From assembly GCA_964626665.1 (NCBI GenBank), contig CAZVGK010000030.1, forward strand, positions 1 through 39,043: a stretch of 39,043 nucleotides of DNA. The letters run 5' to 3'. Numbering within the stretch: position 1 is the stretch's first letter; each line of letters begins with the position of its first letter. The stretch is from an uncultured Gemmatimonadota bacterium (GTDB taxonomy: Bacteria; SM23-81; DAOVCL01). This document shows, piece after piece, positions 27,943-36,900 of this stretch. The translations under genes and the position numbers were made by a program. The notes beneath the pieces are model-generated. The model did not search any database, was not told the DNA's origin, and saw nothing but the letters and a program-made list of their open reading frames with translations.

Positions 27943-29844
27943 CTAACCTTGGGCCGCCTCAATTGGGGCGGCCTTTCCTTTTTCGGTGGCCTTGGCAGAG
28001 GCCAAATCCATTATCCCGTCTATGTCCAAAATCAGCGTAACCCGGCCATCGCCCATAATCGTCGCCCCGGCAATCCCTTCAATATGAGAGAGGAAATCCC
28101 CCATCGATTTGAGAACTACCTCTTCCTGGCCAAGAAGATGGTCGACTATTAGGCCCAGCCTCTTCTCGGCAACCCCCACCACCACAACAGAGAATCCCTT
28201 TCCCACCCCGTTGGAAGATGGTAGGCCAAAGAGGTTATCCAACCTGGTTAAGGGTAAAACGGAATCCCTCAGCAGGATAACCTCCTTCCCATTTATGGTT
28301 TTGATCTCATGGGCGAAAACTCTCACCGTCTCCAAGACGGAAACCAAGGGAATGGCATAGGTCTCACTGCTCGCCCCCACTAAGAGTGAGGGGATAATGG
28401 CCAGGGTAAGGGGGAGCTTAATCCTGATCCTACTCCCCTTCTCGGGTTCGGATTGTAGCTCGATTATCCCGTTTAGCTTCTCTATGTTGGTCTTTATCAC
28501 ATCCATCCCCACCCCCCTATCGGAGACATTGGTCACCACTTTAGCTATGCTAAATCCCGGGGCAAAGATGAAGTTGAGGATCTCGCTCTGACTTAGCCTT
28601 TGGGCGTCTGCCTCGGAGACAATCCCCTTTGCAATCGCCCTAGCTTTAATCTCCTCAGGGTCCATACCCCTCCCATCATCTCCCACCTCTACCACAATGT
28701 TCTTTCCCTCCTGATAAGCTTTCAGCTCCAAGAGCCCTTCCGGGTCCTTGCCCGCTTTCCCCCTCTCCTGGGGAGTTTCTATCCCATGGTCCACCGCGTT
28801 CCTAATCAGATGCACCAAGGGGTCGCCGATCTCCTCGATCACCGACTTGTCCAGCTCCGTCTCCTCCCCAGTGATCTCCAACCTTACCCTCTTCCCCCCC
28901 TCCCGGGCGAGATCCCGTACCATCCTGGGAACTCGGCTAAAAACTTTCTCGATGGGGAGCATCCTGGTCTTCATCACCGCCAATTGGAGTTCGGTAGTTA
29001 ATGTATCTATCCTGCTGGTGGCACCCATTAAGTTCTGCACTATGGGTCCCGACTCCCAGCCATCCACAAAACCCTTGTTCAACTGCACCAGCCTGTTTCT
29101 CTCCAAAACAAGCTTCCTTACCAAATTCATCAAATTGTCCAACCTCTCCACTTCCACCCTGATGGTCTGCTCTGCCCCTAAGACGGATTTTACCTGTTCC
29201 TTCATCTTCTGCTGAGTGGATTGAGCAGTGGGTGGTGGTGGAGTTTCGGGCTGGGGCTCGGTTTTTTCAGATTCTGATTTCAGGGGAGATCCCGCGGGTT
29301 TGGTTTGAGTCCCTGTAGAAGCCCTCTCTGAAGGTGCCACCGCGGCTTTGGCGGTTTGTTCCCCCTTCTTGGCCTTTGCTATAGACTTGGTTTCTGTAAC
29401 AGTCTTTTGGGCTGGTTTTTCTTGGTCGGTGGTAGCCGTCCCTCCCTGCTCAATCTTCTGAAGTTTACCCCTTATCTCGGAGAGATCAATATCGGCCTCT
29501 ATCCCGCTTTTTATCTGTTCTAAAAGAAGTTTCACAAAATCCAGGGATTCCAGGAGCACATCCATTATCTCCGGGCTAATCTTGAGCTTCGCATTACGGA
29601 GTTTGTTCAACACGCTTTCCATAGCGTGGGTAAGCTCCGTCATATTCGTAAACCCTAAGAAAGAGGAAGTCCCCTTGATGGTATGGGCGGATCGGAAGAT
29701 CTGGTTCAACAGCTCAAAGTCCTCTGGTGAGTCCTCTAAGATTACTAGATCTTGATCGAGCTTTTCTATAAGCTCAGAGGATTCTAAGATAAAATCCTGG
29801 ATTATCTCCTTCATTTGATCATCTTCGGGCATATTTCCCTCCAT
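27943..29844 (-). CDS. cheA: Chemotaxis histidine kinase CheA (full length, several conserved residues substituted)
   Basis: HPt 'IFRSAHTIKG'; 'TIRVEVERLDNLMNLV'; N-box 'LVHLIRNAVDHG'; G1 'DDGRG'; G2 altered 'SDRGVGMDV'; 'LPLTLAI' and P5 CheW-like domain. Confidence 0.95.
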   Translation of the reverse strand: MEGNMPEDDQMKEIIQDFILESSELIEKLDQDLVILEDSPEDFELLNQIFRSAHTIKGTSSFLGFTNMTELTHAMESVLNKLRNAKLKISPEIMDVLLESLDFVKLLLEQIKSGIEADIDLSEIRGKLQKIEQGGTATTDQEKPAQKTVTETKSIAKAKKGEQTAKAAVAPSERASTGTQTKPAGSPLKSESEKTEPQPETPPPPTAQSTQQKMKEQVKSVLGAEQTIRVEVERLDNLMNLVRKLVLERNRLVQLNKGFVDGWESGPIVQNLMGATSRIDTLTTELQLAVMKTRMLPIEKVFSRVPRMVRDLAREGGKRVRLEITGEETELDKSVIEEIGDPLVHLIRNAVDHGIETPQERGKAGKDPEGLLELKAYQEGKNIVVEVGDDGRGMDPEEIKARAIAKGIVSEADAQRLSQSEILNFIFAPGFSIAKVVTNVSDRGVGMDVIKTNIEKLNGIIELQSEPEKGSRIRIKLPLTLAIIPSLLVGASSETYAIPLVSVLETVRVFAHEIKTINGKEVILLRDSVLPLTRLDNLFGLPSSNGVGKGFSVVVVGVAEKRLGLIVDHLLGQEEVVLKSMGDFLSHIEGIAGATIMGDGRVTLILDIDGIMDLASAKATEKGKAAPIEAAQG

Positions 29845-29857
29845 TCAACAGTTCACG

Positions 29858-30240
29858 GTGGTCAGGGATCAGTAGGCAGACATCTTCAGTTGTCGGCTGT
29901 CAGGGAGAGATTCACCTCCCGCTCTTTGTGGATGTTTGCATCTACAAAGAGGTGGAACCATCGATCATTATGTGGGCTTGATTTATCAAACCCACATAAT
30001 TCGGGTCGCATAAATGCGACCCCTACATACCCTCCCCCAAGCGAGGTTCTGCCACCTCTTCCCCCTCCTTCTAACTCCCTCCCGCCAGGGGAGGGAGGAT
30101 TCCCGCCGAGGTCAGGAAACCTCTCCCACAAAACCACACCAATTCTGCTCTCTATGGATGTTGCCATCCACCAGGGAGTTTATCCCGTCAGGGTAGTAAC
30201 CCTGACCTCTGTTCCCTGACTGCTGACCGCTAAGAGCTGG
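29858..30240. repeat. Nested repeat mosaic bracketed by inverted heptamer arms
   Basis: Forward arm gtggtcagggatcagtagg..cagttgtcggctgtcaggg; hairpins tttgtggatg..catctacaaa, gtgggcttgat-tt-atcaaacccac, gggtcgcat-aa-atgcgacccctac; reverse arm ctgacct-ctgttcc-ctgactg-ctgaccg. Confidence 0.8.
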
Positions 30241-30257
30241 GGTTTCTTCTCTCTCGG

Positions 30258-30623
30258 CTATTTCTGCCCTAAAAGGCTCTTTACCTTATAGAGGAGAAGA
30301 TGGACTGGGGCAGGTTTGATCAGGTAGACATTGGCTCCGGCAGCAAGCCCTTTTTTCTTTGACTCCTGGTCACTCTGGGTGGTAAGCATAATTACCGGAA
30401 TCTCCTTATTTTCCTTCCTGACGGTGCGCACCAGCTCCAGACCATTCATCTTGGGCATATTCAGATCGGCAATGATCAGATCTACTGGATTCTGCGCCAT
30501 CTTCTCCAAGGCCTCCATCCCATCAGAGGCCTCGATACAGTTGTATTTGTTGGGACCCAGGGAGTATATGACGAGCTTCCTTACCGTGGCCGAGTCATCT
30601 ACCACCAAGATCGTCTTAGCCAT
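30258..30623 (-). CDS. cheY: Single-domain response regulator, CheY-like
   Basis: 'ILVVDDS', phosphoacceptor 'IIADLNMP', 'MLTT', 'YLIKP'; position between cheR and cheA. Confidence 0.88.
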   Translation of the reverse strand: MAKTILVVDDSATVRKLVIYSLGPNKYNCIEASDGMEALEKMAQNPVDLIIADLNMPKMNGLELVRTVRKENKEIPVIMLTTQSDQESKKKGLAAGANVYLIKPAPVHLLLYKVKSLLGQK

Positions 30624-30821
30624 CTTTTATCCCCATTCCGAATTATCCATCAAATTTGGCCACCTGTGGCAGGGCTTTTTTGACAGGATAACAGGATTTA
30701 CTGGATTTTTATTCATCCCGTCTATTATTGTAAGAGCTGTCAGCCCCGTTCCGACGGGATTCCTGGCGGAAGAGTTACCTCCTGACAGCACACTTTTGAA
30801 CAATCTTAACACCTTTTCCCC

Positions 30822-31661
30822 TTACTCCTTTTTATAAACTATAGCATTAGGGAAAAGCATCAGCTTGAAGGCCCGGGAGATATTGTGCAGCGATTCTGAG
30901 TGGCCGATAAAAAGATAACCACCGGGCCTTAAGGCTTCATAGAACATTCCTATTACTTTCTTTTTCGCCTCATCGTCAAAGTAGATGATGACATTCCGGC
31001 AAAAGATCACATCCATATCCCTCATCACCTTAGTCTTTGCTTCGTCCAACAGGTTCAAAATACTGAATTTAACCATCACCTTGATGGCATTACTGATGAT
31101 GTACTCGTCACTATTTTTAGTAAAGTATTTGGATTTGTAGAGCTCAGGCGTGTTTCTCAGATAGTATCCCTTGTATCTCCCCTTCTGAGCATCCAAGATC
31201 ATCGCCCCACTGATATCATTGGCAATGATCTCCGGCACAAATTTAAATGCCTTGGTGGCGGCAAGCTCGTTGAGGATCATAGCCAAGGCATAGGGTTCCT
31301 GACCACTGGAACAGCCAGCGCTCCATATTCTCAACCTTTGCCCCCCCGCATTGTTGTTCTTGAGTATCTCAGGGATTATCTCTTTCTCAAAGACCTGAAA
31401 TTGCGGCATATTTCTAAAGAAGCTGGTTTCGTTTATGGTCACCTGATCAAACAGCTTAGAAAGCTCCTCTCTCTTTTTGGGGCTATACTTCAATAAGTAA
31501 TAGTATTCATCGAAGGAGTTCAATCTCACCTCTTCCATCCTTTTGGAGAGCCTACTTTCCAACAGATATTTCTTGGTGTCGGCGAAATACATTCCGCTCT
31601 CCGCGTAGATGAGATCCCTGATCTGGGTGAATCTATCGTCGCTTAACTGAGGAGAGTTCAT
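30822..31661 (-). CDS. cheR: Protein-glutamate O-methyltransferase CheR
   Basis: 'TINETSFFRN', 'RIWSAGCSSGQEPY', 'DVIFCRNVIIYFD', 'LRPGGYLFIGHSESL'; ATGA overlap with the HDOD gene. Confidence 0.96.
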   Translation of the reverse strand: MNSPQLSDDRFTQIRDLIYAESGMYFADTKKYLLESRLSKRMEEVRLNSFDEYYYLLKYSPKKREELSKLFDQVTINETSFFRNMPQFQVFEKEIIPEILKNNNAGGQRLRIWSAGCSSGQEPYALAMILNELAATKAFKFVPEIIANDISGAMILDAQKGRYKGYYLRNTPELYKSKYFTKNSDEYIISNAIKVMVKFSILNLLDEAKTKVMRDMDVIFCRNVIIYFDDEAKKKVIGMFYEALRPGGYLFIGHSESLHNISRAFKLMLFPNAIVYKKE

Positions 31662-32569
31662 ACCTTTTCCTTTGCCTGATCAGTGTTGGAGAAAACCCCA
31701 AGATATTCCCTGGCTCTTTCAATCTCTGTATCCAAGTCGAAGACAAATCTCTCCATATCTAATTCCTCCAATTGAGGCTTTGCCGCTTTCAAGGTCTTCC
31801 AGGCAATACGGTCAGAGATGGAGACACCCTGGGCGTCTCCACTGAAACCTATCCCCTTGGCCTTGCAGAAAAGATCAGAGAGCCGGACCAAGCTGGTCAG
31901 GGTAGGGTTAAGAGCAGCCTTTTGTGGCTCGTGGTGATAAGTTATGGCCTCAACCAAGCTGAGGGGGAGTTTCCAATCTTCTGCCAACCAGCTTCCGATC
32001 TCAGCATGGGTTGTCCCCAGAACTTCCTTTTCAGCCTCAATCATCGGAATATCTTTCTCGAAGGTAAGATCTACTACCTTAGTGAATTCATCATGAAAGA
32101 ACTGATCCAGGACGATCTTCCCTACATCGTGGAGAAGACCAGCAACGAATTCCTCCCCATCCATTTCACACCCTAAGAGAGTGGCCAATATCTTGGCTAT
32201 CTGGCCACAGCCAACGGAATGTTCCCAAAACTTCTCTCGATCGAAGGTGGGACGACCAGGTCTTATAGGGAAGGTTTTAAACACGGAGATCCCGATAACC
32301 AAGTTCTTTATCTTGTTCAGGCCTAAGATGACTAAAGCAAGTTGGATAGAGGCCACCCTCTGTTTTAACCCATAAAAGGCGGAATTGGCCACCTTAAGTA
32401 TTTTAGCGGAGAGGCTGGGATCCTGGGAGATGATTGAGGCAATTTCCTTTATGGAGACATCCGGATTGCCCGCCATAGAGATCACCTCCGTAGCCACTTT
32501 AGGGAGCGTGGGCAAACTGCCTATATTCTGGATACGTTCCTTGATTTCCTCTAATCTATCCTCGGCCAT
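31658..32569 (-). CDS. HDOD domain protein
   Basis: 'LPTLP', 'DPSLSAKILKVANSAFYG', 'FWEHS', 'AGLLHDVGK', 'HAEIG...WKLP...YHH'. Confidence 0.93.
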   Translation of the reverse strand: MAEDRLEEIKERIQNIGSLPTLPKVATEVISMAGNPDVSIKEIASIISQDPSLSAKILKVANSAFYGLKQRVASIQLALVILGLNKIKNLVIGISVFKTFPIRPGRPTFDREKFWEHSVGCGQIAKILATLLGCEMDGEEFVAGLLHDVGKIVLDQFFHDEFTKVVDLTFEKDIPMIEAEKEVLGTTHAEIGSWLAEDWKLPLSLVEAITYHHEPQKAALNPTLTSLVRLSDLFCKAKGIGFSGDAQGVSISDRIAWKTLKAAKPQLEELDMERFVFDLDTEIERAREYLGVFSNTDQAKEKV

Positions 32570-33623
32570 TTCCTCTTATTCTCTCCACTGCCTCCTGGGC
32601 AGCAAGCCTGAGATCTTCGTCCGGAACCTCAGTCAGAGGCAAGAGATACCGAAGTGCCTCCGTTTCACCGATAAGCCCTAAGCCCTTACAGGCTGCTATC
32701 TTCATCAAGCCATTGGGATTTTCCAAGAGACCGATCAAACGGGGGATGGCTCTGCGGTCCTGCAGTCTTCCCACTATTTCTATCACCCGAAAATTGAAGA
32801 TCAGGTCCTCTTCGTCCAGGGCGGCAAGGAACTCCCTCAACAACATCCCTCTCTCCGGCTTCTTGAGGGAAGAATTTAAATGTTCAGCGTAGTTTCCCAC
32901 CAGGTTTCTTATTATCCCATTCTTCATCCCTTGATCTGCCTCTTTGAATGCCTTAAGAAGGTAGGGGATAGTCTTAGGGTGACCAATCTTCCCTAAGGCC
33001 TCCAGAGCAGCCCTCCTAATCAGCTCATCATCATGCAACAGGTTGATGAGGGGATCGACAACCTCCTCTGCTCCCAATTCAGATAGGGCCTCAATGGCGG
33101 CAAATTTTGTCCATTCATCACCCTCTTCTACAGCTCTCAGTAGGGGAGAAACTGCCCTTTTATCCTTAAGTTGGCCCAGGCTAACTATAGCTTGATTGCG
33201 GACATTGGCCACTGGATCATTCAAGAGAGCGATCAAACCCTCTGTGGCTCTTCTTTCCCCGGTATAGCCCAGTATGTCTGCAGCGAAAATCCGCACATCT
33301 CCGTCTTCATCCTTGAGAAGCGGTAGGAGGAGATCTACCCCATCCGATCCCATCTCCTTCAATATCTCTATGGCCATATTACGCAGGGAGGCATCTTTCT
33401 CCCGCAGAAGAGGGATAAGCTCCTGGACAGTTCTTTTGCCCCTGAGCTTGATCAGGGCCTCGATGGCTGCTTCCTGGACCCCTCTGCTGGGGTCGCTAAG
33501 CTTCTGAACCAGGGCGGGAATGGCCTCTTGATCTCCCTGCTCTCCCAGGGCTATGGCCACCCTTCTCCGCTCTGACTCATCCTCAGAGCTCAGCCGCTGC
33601 ATAAGGTCCTCTACCACATCCAT
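32556..33623 (-). CDS. HEAT/PBS-lyase repeat protein
   Basis: Repeated 'L..LL.D....VR..A...LG' units throughout; overlaps the HDOD start. ATG 33623 preferred (GGGGGTGA upstream); 33635 is an alternative. Confidence 0.9.
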   Translation of the reverse strand: MDVVEDLMQRLSSEDESERRRVAIALGEQGDQEAIPALVQKLSDPSRGVQEAAIEALIKLRGKRTVQELIPLLREKDASLRNMAIEILKEMGSDGVDLLLPLLKDEDGDVRIFAADILGYTGERRATEGLIALLNDPVANVRNQAIVSLGQLKDKRAVSPLLRAVEEGDEWTKFAAIEALSELGAEEVVDPLINLLHDDELIRRAALEALGKIGHPKTIPYLLKAFKEADQGMKNGIIRNLVGNYAEHLNSSLKKPERGMLLREFLAALDEEDLIFNFRVIEIVGRLQDRRAIPRLIGLLENPNGLMKIAACKGLGLIGETEALRYLLPLTEVPDEDLRLAAQEAVERIRGNGRG

Positions 33624-33662
33624 AATCACCCCCATCTTCCTTAAATAGGCTTACTAAATCTC

Positions 33663-33690
33663 TTATCGGCAAGAAGGAGAGGAAACTTTA
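33663..33690 (-). promoter_or_regulatory. Sigma28 (FliA/SigD)-type promoter
   Basis: Minus strand reads TAAAGTTT-cctctccttctt-GCCGATAA (TAAA-N16-GCCGATAA), directly upstream of the HEAT gene. Confidence 0.8.
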
Positions 33691-33830
33691 GGGAAATTTA
33701 AGAAAAAAAGAGGGGGATGAACTCCTTTTTTGTATCAGCCGGTGGAACTGAAAGATTGTTTAGGAAATACGTTTGCGGGGATTGGAATGGGGGTTGACTT
33801 TTGAGCATAGGGAGGGGAGGTGTAAAAACA

Positions 33831-33858
33831 AGGTGGCAGAAACTCGATTCTGCCGCCT
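33831..33858. repeat. REP-like hairpin (GGTGGCAGAA family)
   Basis: aggtggcagaa-actcga-ttctgccgcct. Confidence 0.75.
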
Positions 33859-33907
33859 AGCCTTTACCAATTCGTGAGATTCCGTAGTGAATTACATCCG
33901 CCTATAT

Positions 33908-33939
33908 AAAAGGAGAAGCCCCCTTGCGGGGGCTTCTCC
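33908..33939 (-). terminator. Rho-independent terminator after the S8 protease gene
   Basis: Minus strand ggagaagccccc-gcaa-gggggcttctcc-tttt (GNRA loop). Confidence 0.88.
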
Positions 33940-33967
33940 CAGACAGCTCTCAGGCAGTTAGAAAGGT

Positions 33968-36900
33968 CTATTTGAGAAGTATCATCTTTCGCAGGGCAAC
34001 TACCTTCCCTGCCTGCAGCCTGCAGAGATAAACACCAGAGGAGAACCCTGAACCATCGAAGTTAACCGTGTGAGAACCTGCCTCCATCCAACCATTCACC
34101 AAGGTGGCCACCTTCTGCCCAGTGGGGTTGTAGACCTCTAACCTAACCTGGGAACCCTCGGCCAAGTCAAAGGAGATCGCAGTCGTTGGGTTAAAGGGAT
34201 TAGGATAGTTTTGGGAAAGAGTGAATTCCTTAGGAATCATTGAATTGGTCTTCGCCAGGTCCAGCCAGCTGGCGCCGCCGGTAGCACTCCCCCGGAACTC
34301 AATCTCATCGAGGTATACATCATCCCGATTACCACTGGCATCGCACATAAACCGCAGCTTAGCATTGGTGGGGTAGTTGTACTGGCCGCTGGAGATGGGG
34401 ACGACCGGGTTATAAAATATGTTATTCTCGAAGTCGACCCCTTTGTCAAAAGTCGCCACTGTCTGCCAACTGGAACCATCGTAATACTGAACCCAGAAGT
34501 CTTCACCCGTTCTGTCCATACTAACTGCAATGTACCAGAACTCAACCTCCAACTCTGTATAGCCAGACACATCGTAACCAACTGTGTGGTAGAATGATGA
34601 GGCAACGCCGCTGTTGTCCTGGATGTCCGCGGCGTTACTGCCCTGATGAGCGTATGTGCCACCAGTATAAAGATAACAATCACCACCACCATCGGTATAG
34701 TTGCCCCAGCCACCTTCGAAATCATCATAGGTAATCACAGTCCACTCACCTGGCTGGGCGACTTTGATGTAATCGGTCTTGGCCTCAACATCAGAGCCGT
34801 AGGCGTTGGTCGCTGTCAGGGTCACGGTGTAGGTGCCGACATTGTTGTAGGTGTAGCTCGGATTCCGCTCAGTCGATGTTCCCACACCATCGCCAAAATC
34901 CCAGCTCCAGGTGGTCGGATTCCCGGTCGATAGATCGGTGAAATCGACCGTGAGAGGCGCGTAGCCACTGGTCGGATCTCCGACGAAGTCGGCTGTGGGA
35001 GGCATTTGGCCGCTGAATCCCCTAAACTCGATTTCGTCGATATAGACATCATCTCCGTTTCCGCTGGCATCGCACATGAACCGCAGCTTAGCATTGGTGG
35101 GGTAGTTGTACTGGCCGCTGGAGATGGTGACAATCTCATGATAGAACTGGTTGTTTTCGAAGTCGCTACCCCGAGCCCATGTCGCGACAGTCTGCCAACT
35201 GGAACCGTCGTAATACTGAAGCCAGAAGTCCTCGTTGGAATTGTCCATGCTCCGCGGGTAGTACCAGAACTCAACCTCCAACTCGGAATAACCAGATACA
35301 TCGTGACCAACAGTATGGTAGAATGATGAAGCCACACCGCTGTTGTCCTGGATGCCCGCGGCGTTACTGCCCTGGTGAGCGTATGTGCCACCAGTATAAA
35401 GATAACAGTCACCACCACCGTCGGTATAGTTGCCCCAACCACCCTCGAAATCATCATAAGTGATGACTATCCACTCACCACCGGGTTCGGTCACCGTGAT
35501 GTAGTCCATCTTCGTCTCGCCATCCGAGCCGCAAGGACCACTAACGGTCAAGCTGACAGTATAATGGCCACTATCAGCGTATTCATGCCCCGGGTTCTGC
35601 TCACTGGAATGAGGGGTACCATCGCCAAAGTCCCAGTCCCAGGAGGTCACGGCTCCCGTGGATTGATCATAGAAATTCACGGTGAGCGGAGCATCTCCGC
35701 TGGTGGGATCTCCGTAGAACGCCGCTATTGGCACTGCATCCACATGAATGTAGTTAGTCTTGACCTCATCATCAGATCCGCAGGAACCCGTGACAGTCAA
35801 GGTCACCGTAAAGTCGCCGGCGCCGGTGTACTGATGGGTGGGGTTCTGATCACTCGAATGTGGGGATCCGTCGCCGAAGTCCCAATCCCAACCGGTGATC
35901 TCGCCAGTGGACTCGTCGGTGAAGTTGACAGTCAGAGGCTCACATCCACTGGTAGGATTGCCCGAGAACTCAGCTATCAAAGTGGCGCCCACGGAGATGT
36001 AATCAGTCTTGATCTCATCGTCCGAGCCACAGGGACCGGAAACGGTCAGGGTCACGGTGTAAGTTCCCGCAGCAGCATACTCATGATTGGGATTCTGACC
36101 GCCGGAGTAAGGAGTCCCGTCTCCGAAATCCCAGTCCCAGGAGGTGACCGCTCCAGTGGACTGATCCGTGAAGTTCACCGTGAGAGGTGCGCATCCATTC
36201 GTGGGATCGCCTACAAACGCTGCCGTGGGAGCCTCATCCACATGGATGTAGCTGGTCTTGGTCTCGGTGTCAGATCCGTAAGCATTGGTAACGGTCAGGC
36301 TAACCGTAAAATTACCGCCGCCGGTATACTCATGTGATGGGTTTTGAACGTATGAATGGGGTGAGCCATCGCCGAAATCCCACTCCCAGCTATCTATCTC
36401 GCCAGTTGATTCATCTGTGAAGTTGACCGTCAAGGGCGCACAGCCAGAAGTGGGTGAACCAGAAAATTCAGCCACCGGAGGAACACCGCCATAGGTAAGT
36501 GCTGCATAGGCGTCAATCAGCCCATACCCGTAGTATTGATCCCATCCGGATGAACCAAGATCCACAGCCGTTTCGTGAAGAATCGTGCGAATATTCTCAA
36601 TACCGGTCTGGTTATTGGCGATCATCATTGCTACCACGGCGACAACGTGCGGACAGGACATGGAGGTCCCGTGGAAGAACCACCAGCTGAAAGTCGTCGG
36701 GTCAGCAAGAACCTCCGGTGGCCCGGGCTCGTAATTCTCAAAAGTCTGCTGGAGAACTCCATCCCCATAGCCATCTCCATTTTGATCCACATTCAGATCA
36801 CCGCCGGGCGCCACCACCTCTTGTTCATTCCCATACTGAGAATAGTAGACAAGCTGATCATCGTACCTGGTGGCTCCAACCGCAATCACCTGAGAATACT

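Noticed and set aside
1434-33858. CRISPR array from recurring 25-30 bp palindromes
   Set aside because: Copies are dispersed, variable and not separated by regular unique spacers; no cas genes.
34290-35480. Diversity-generating retroelement template/variable repeat pair (also considered for 9883-11292)
   Set aside because: Both copies are in-frame domains of one protein, differences look mostly synonymous rather than adenine-specific, and no reverse transcriptase is present.
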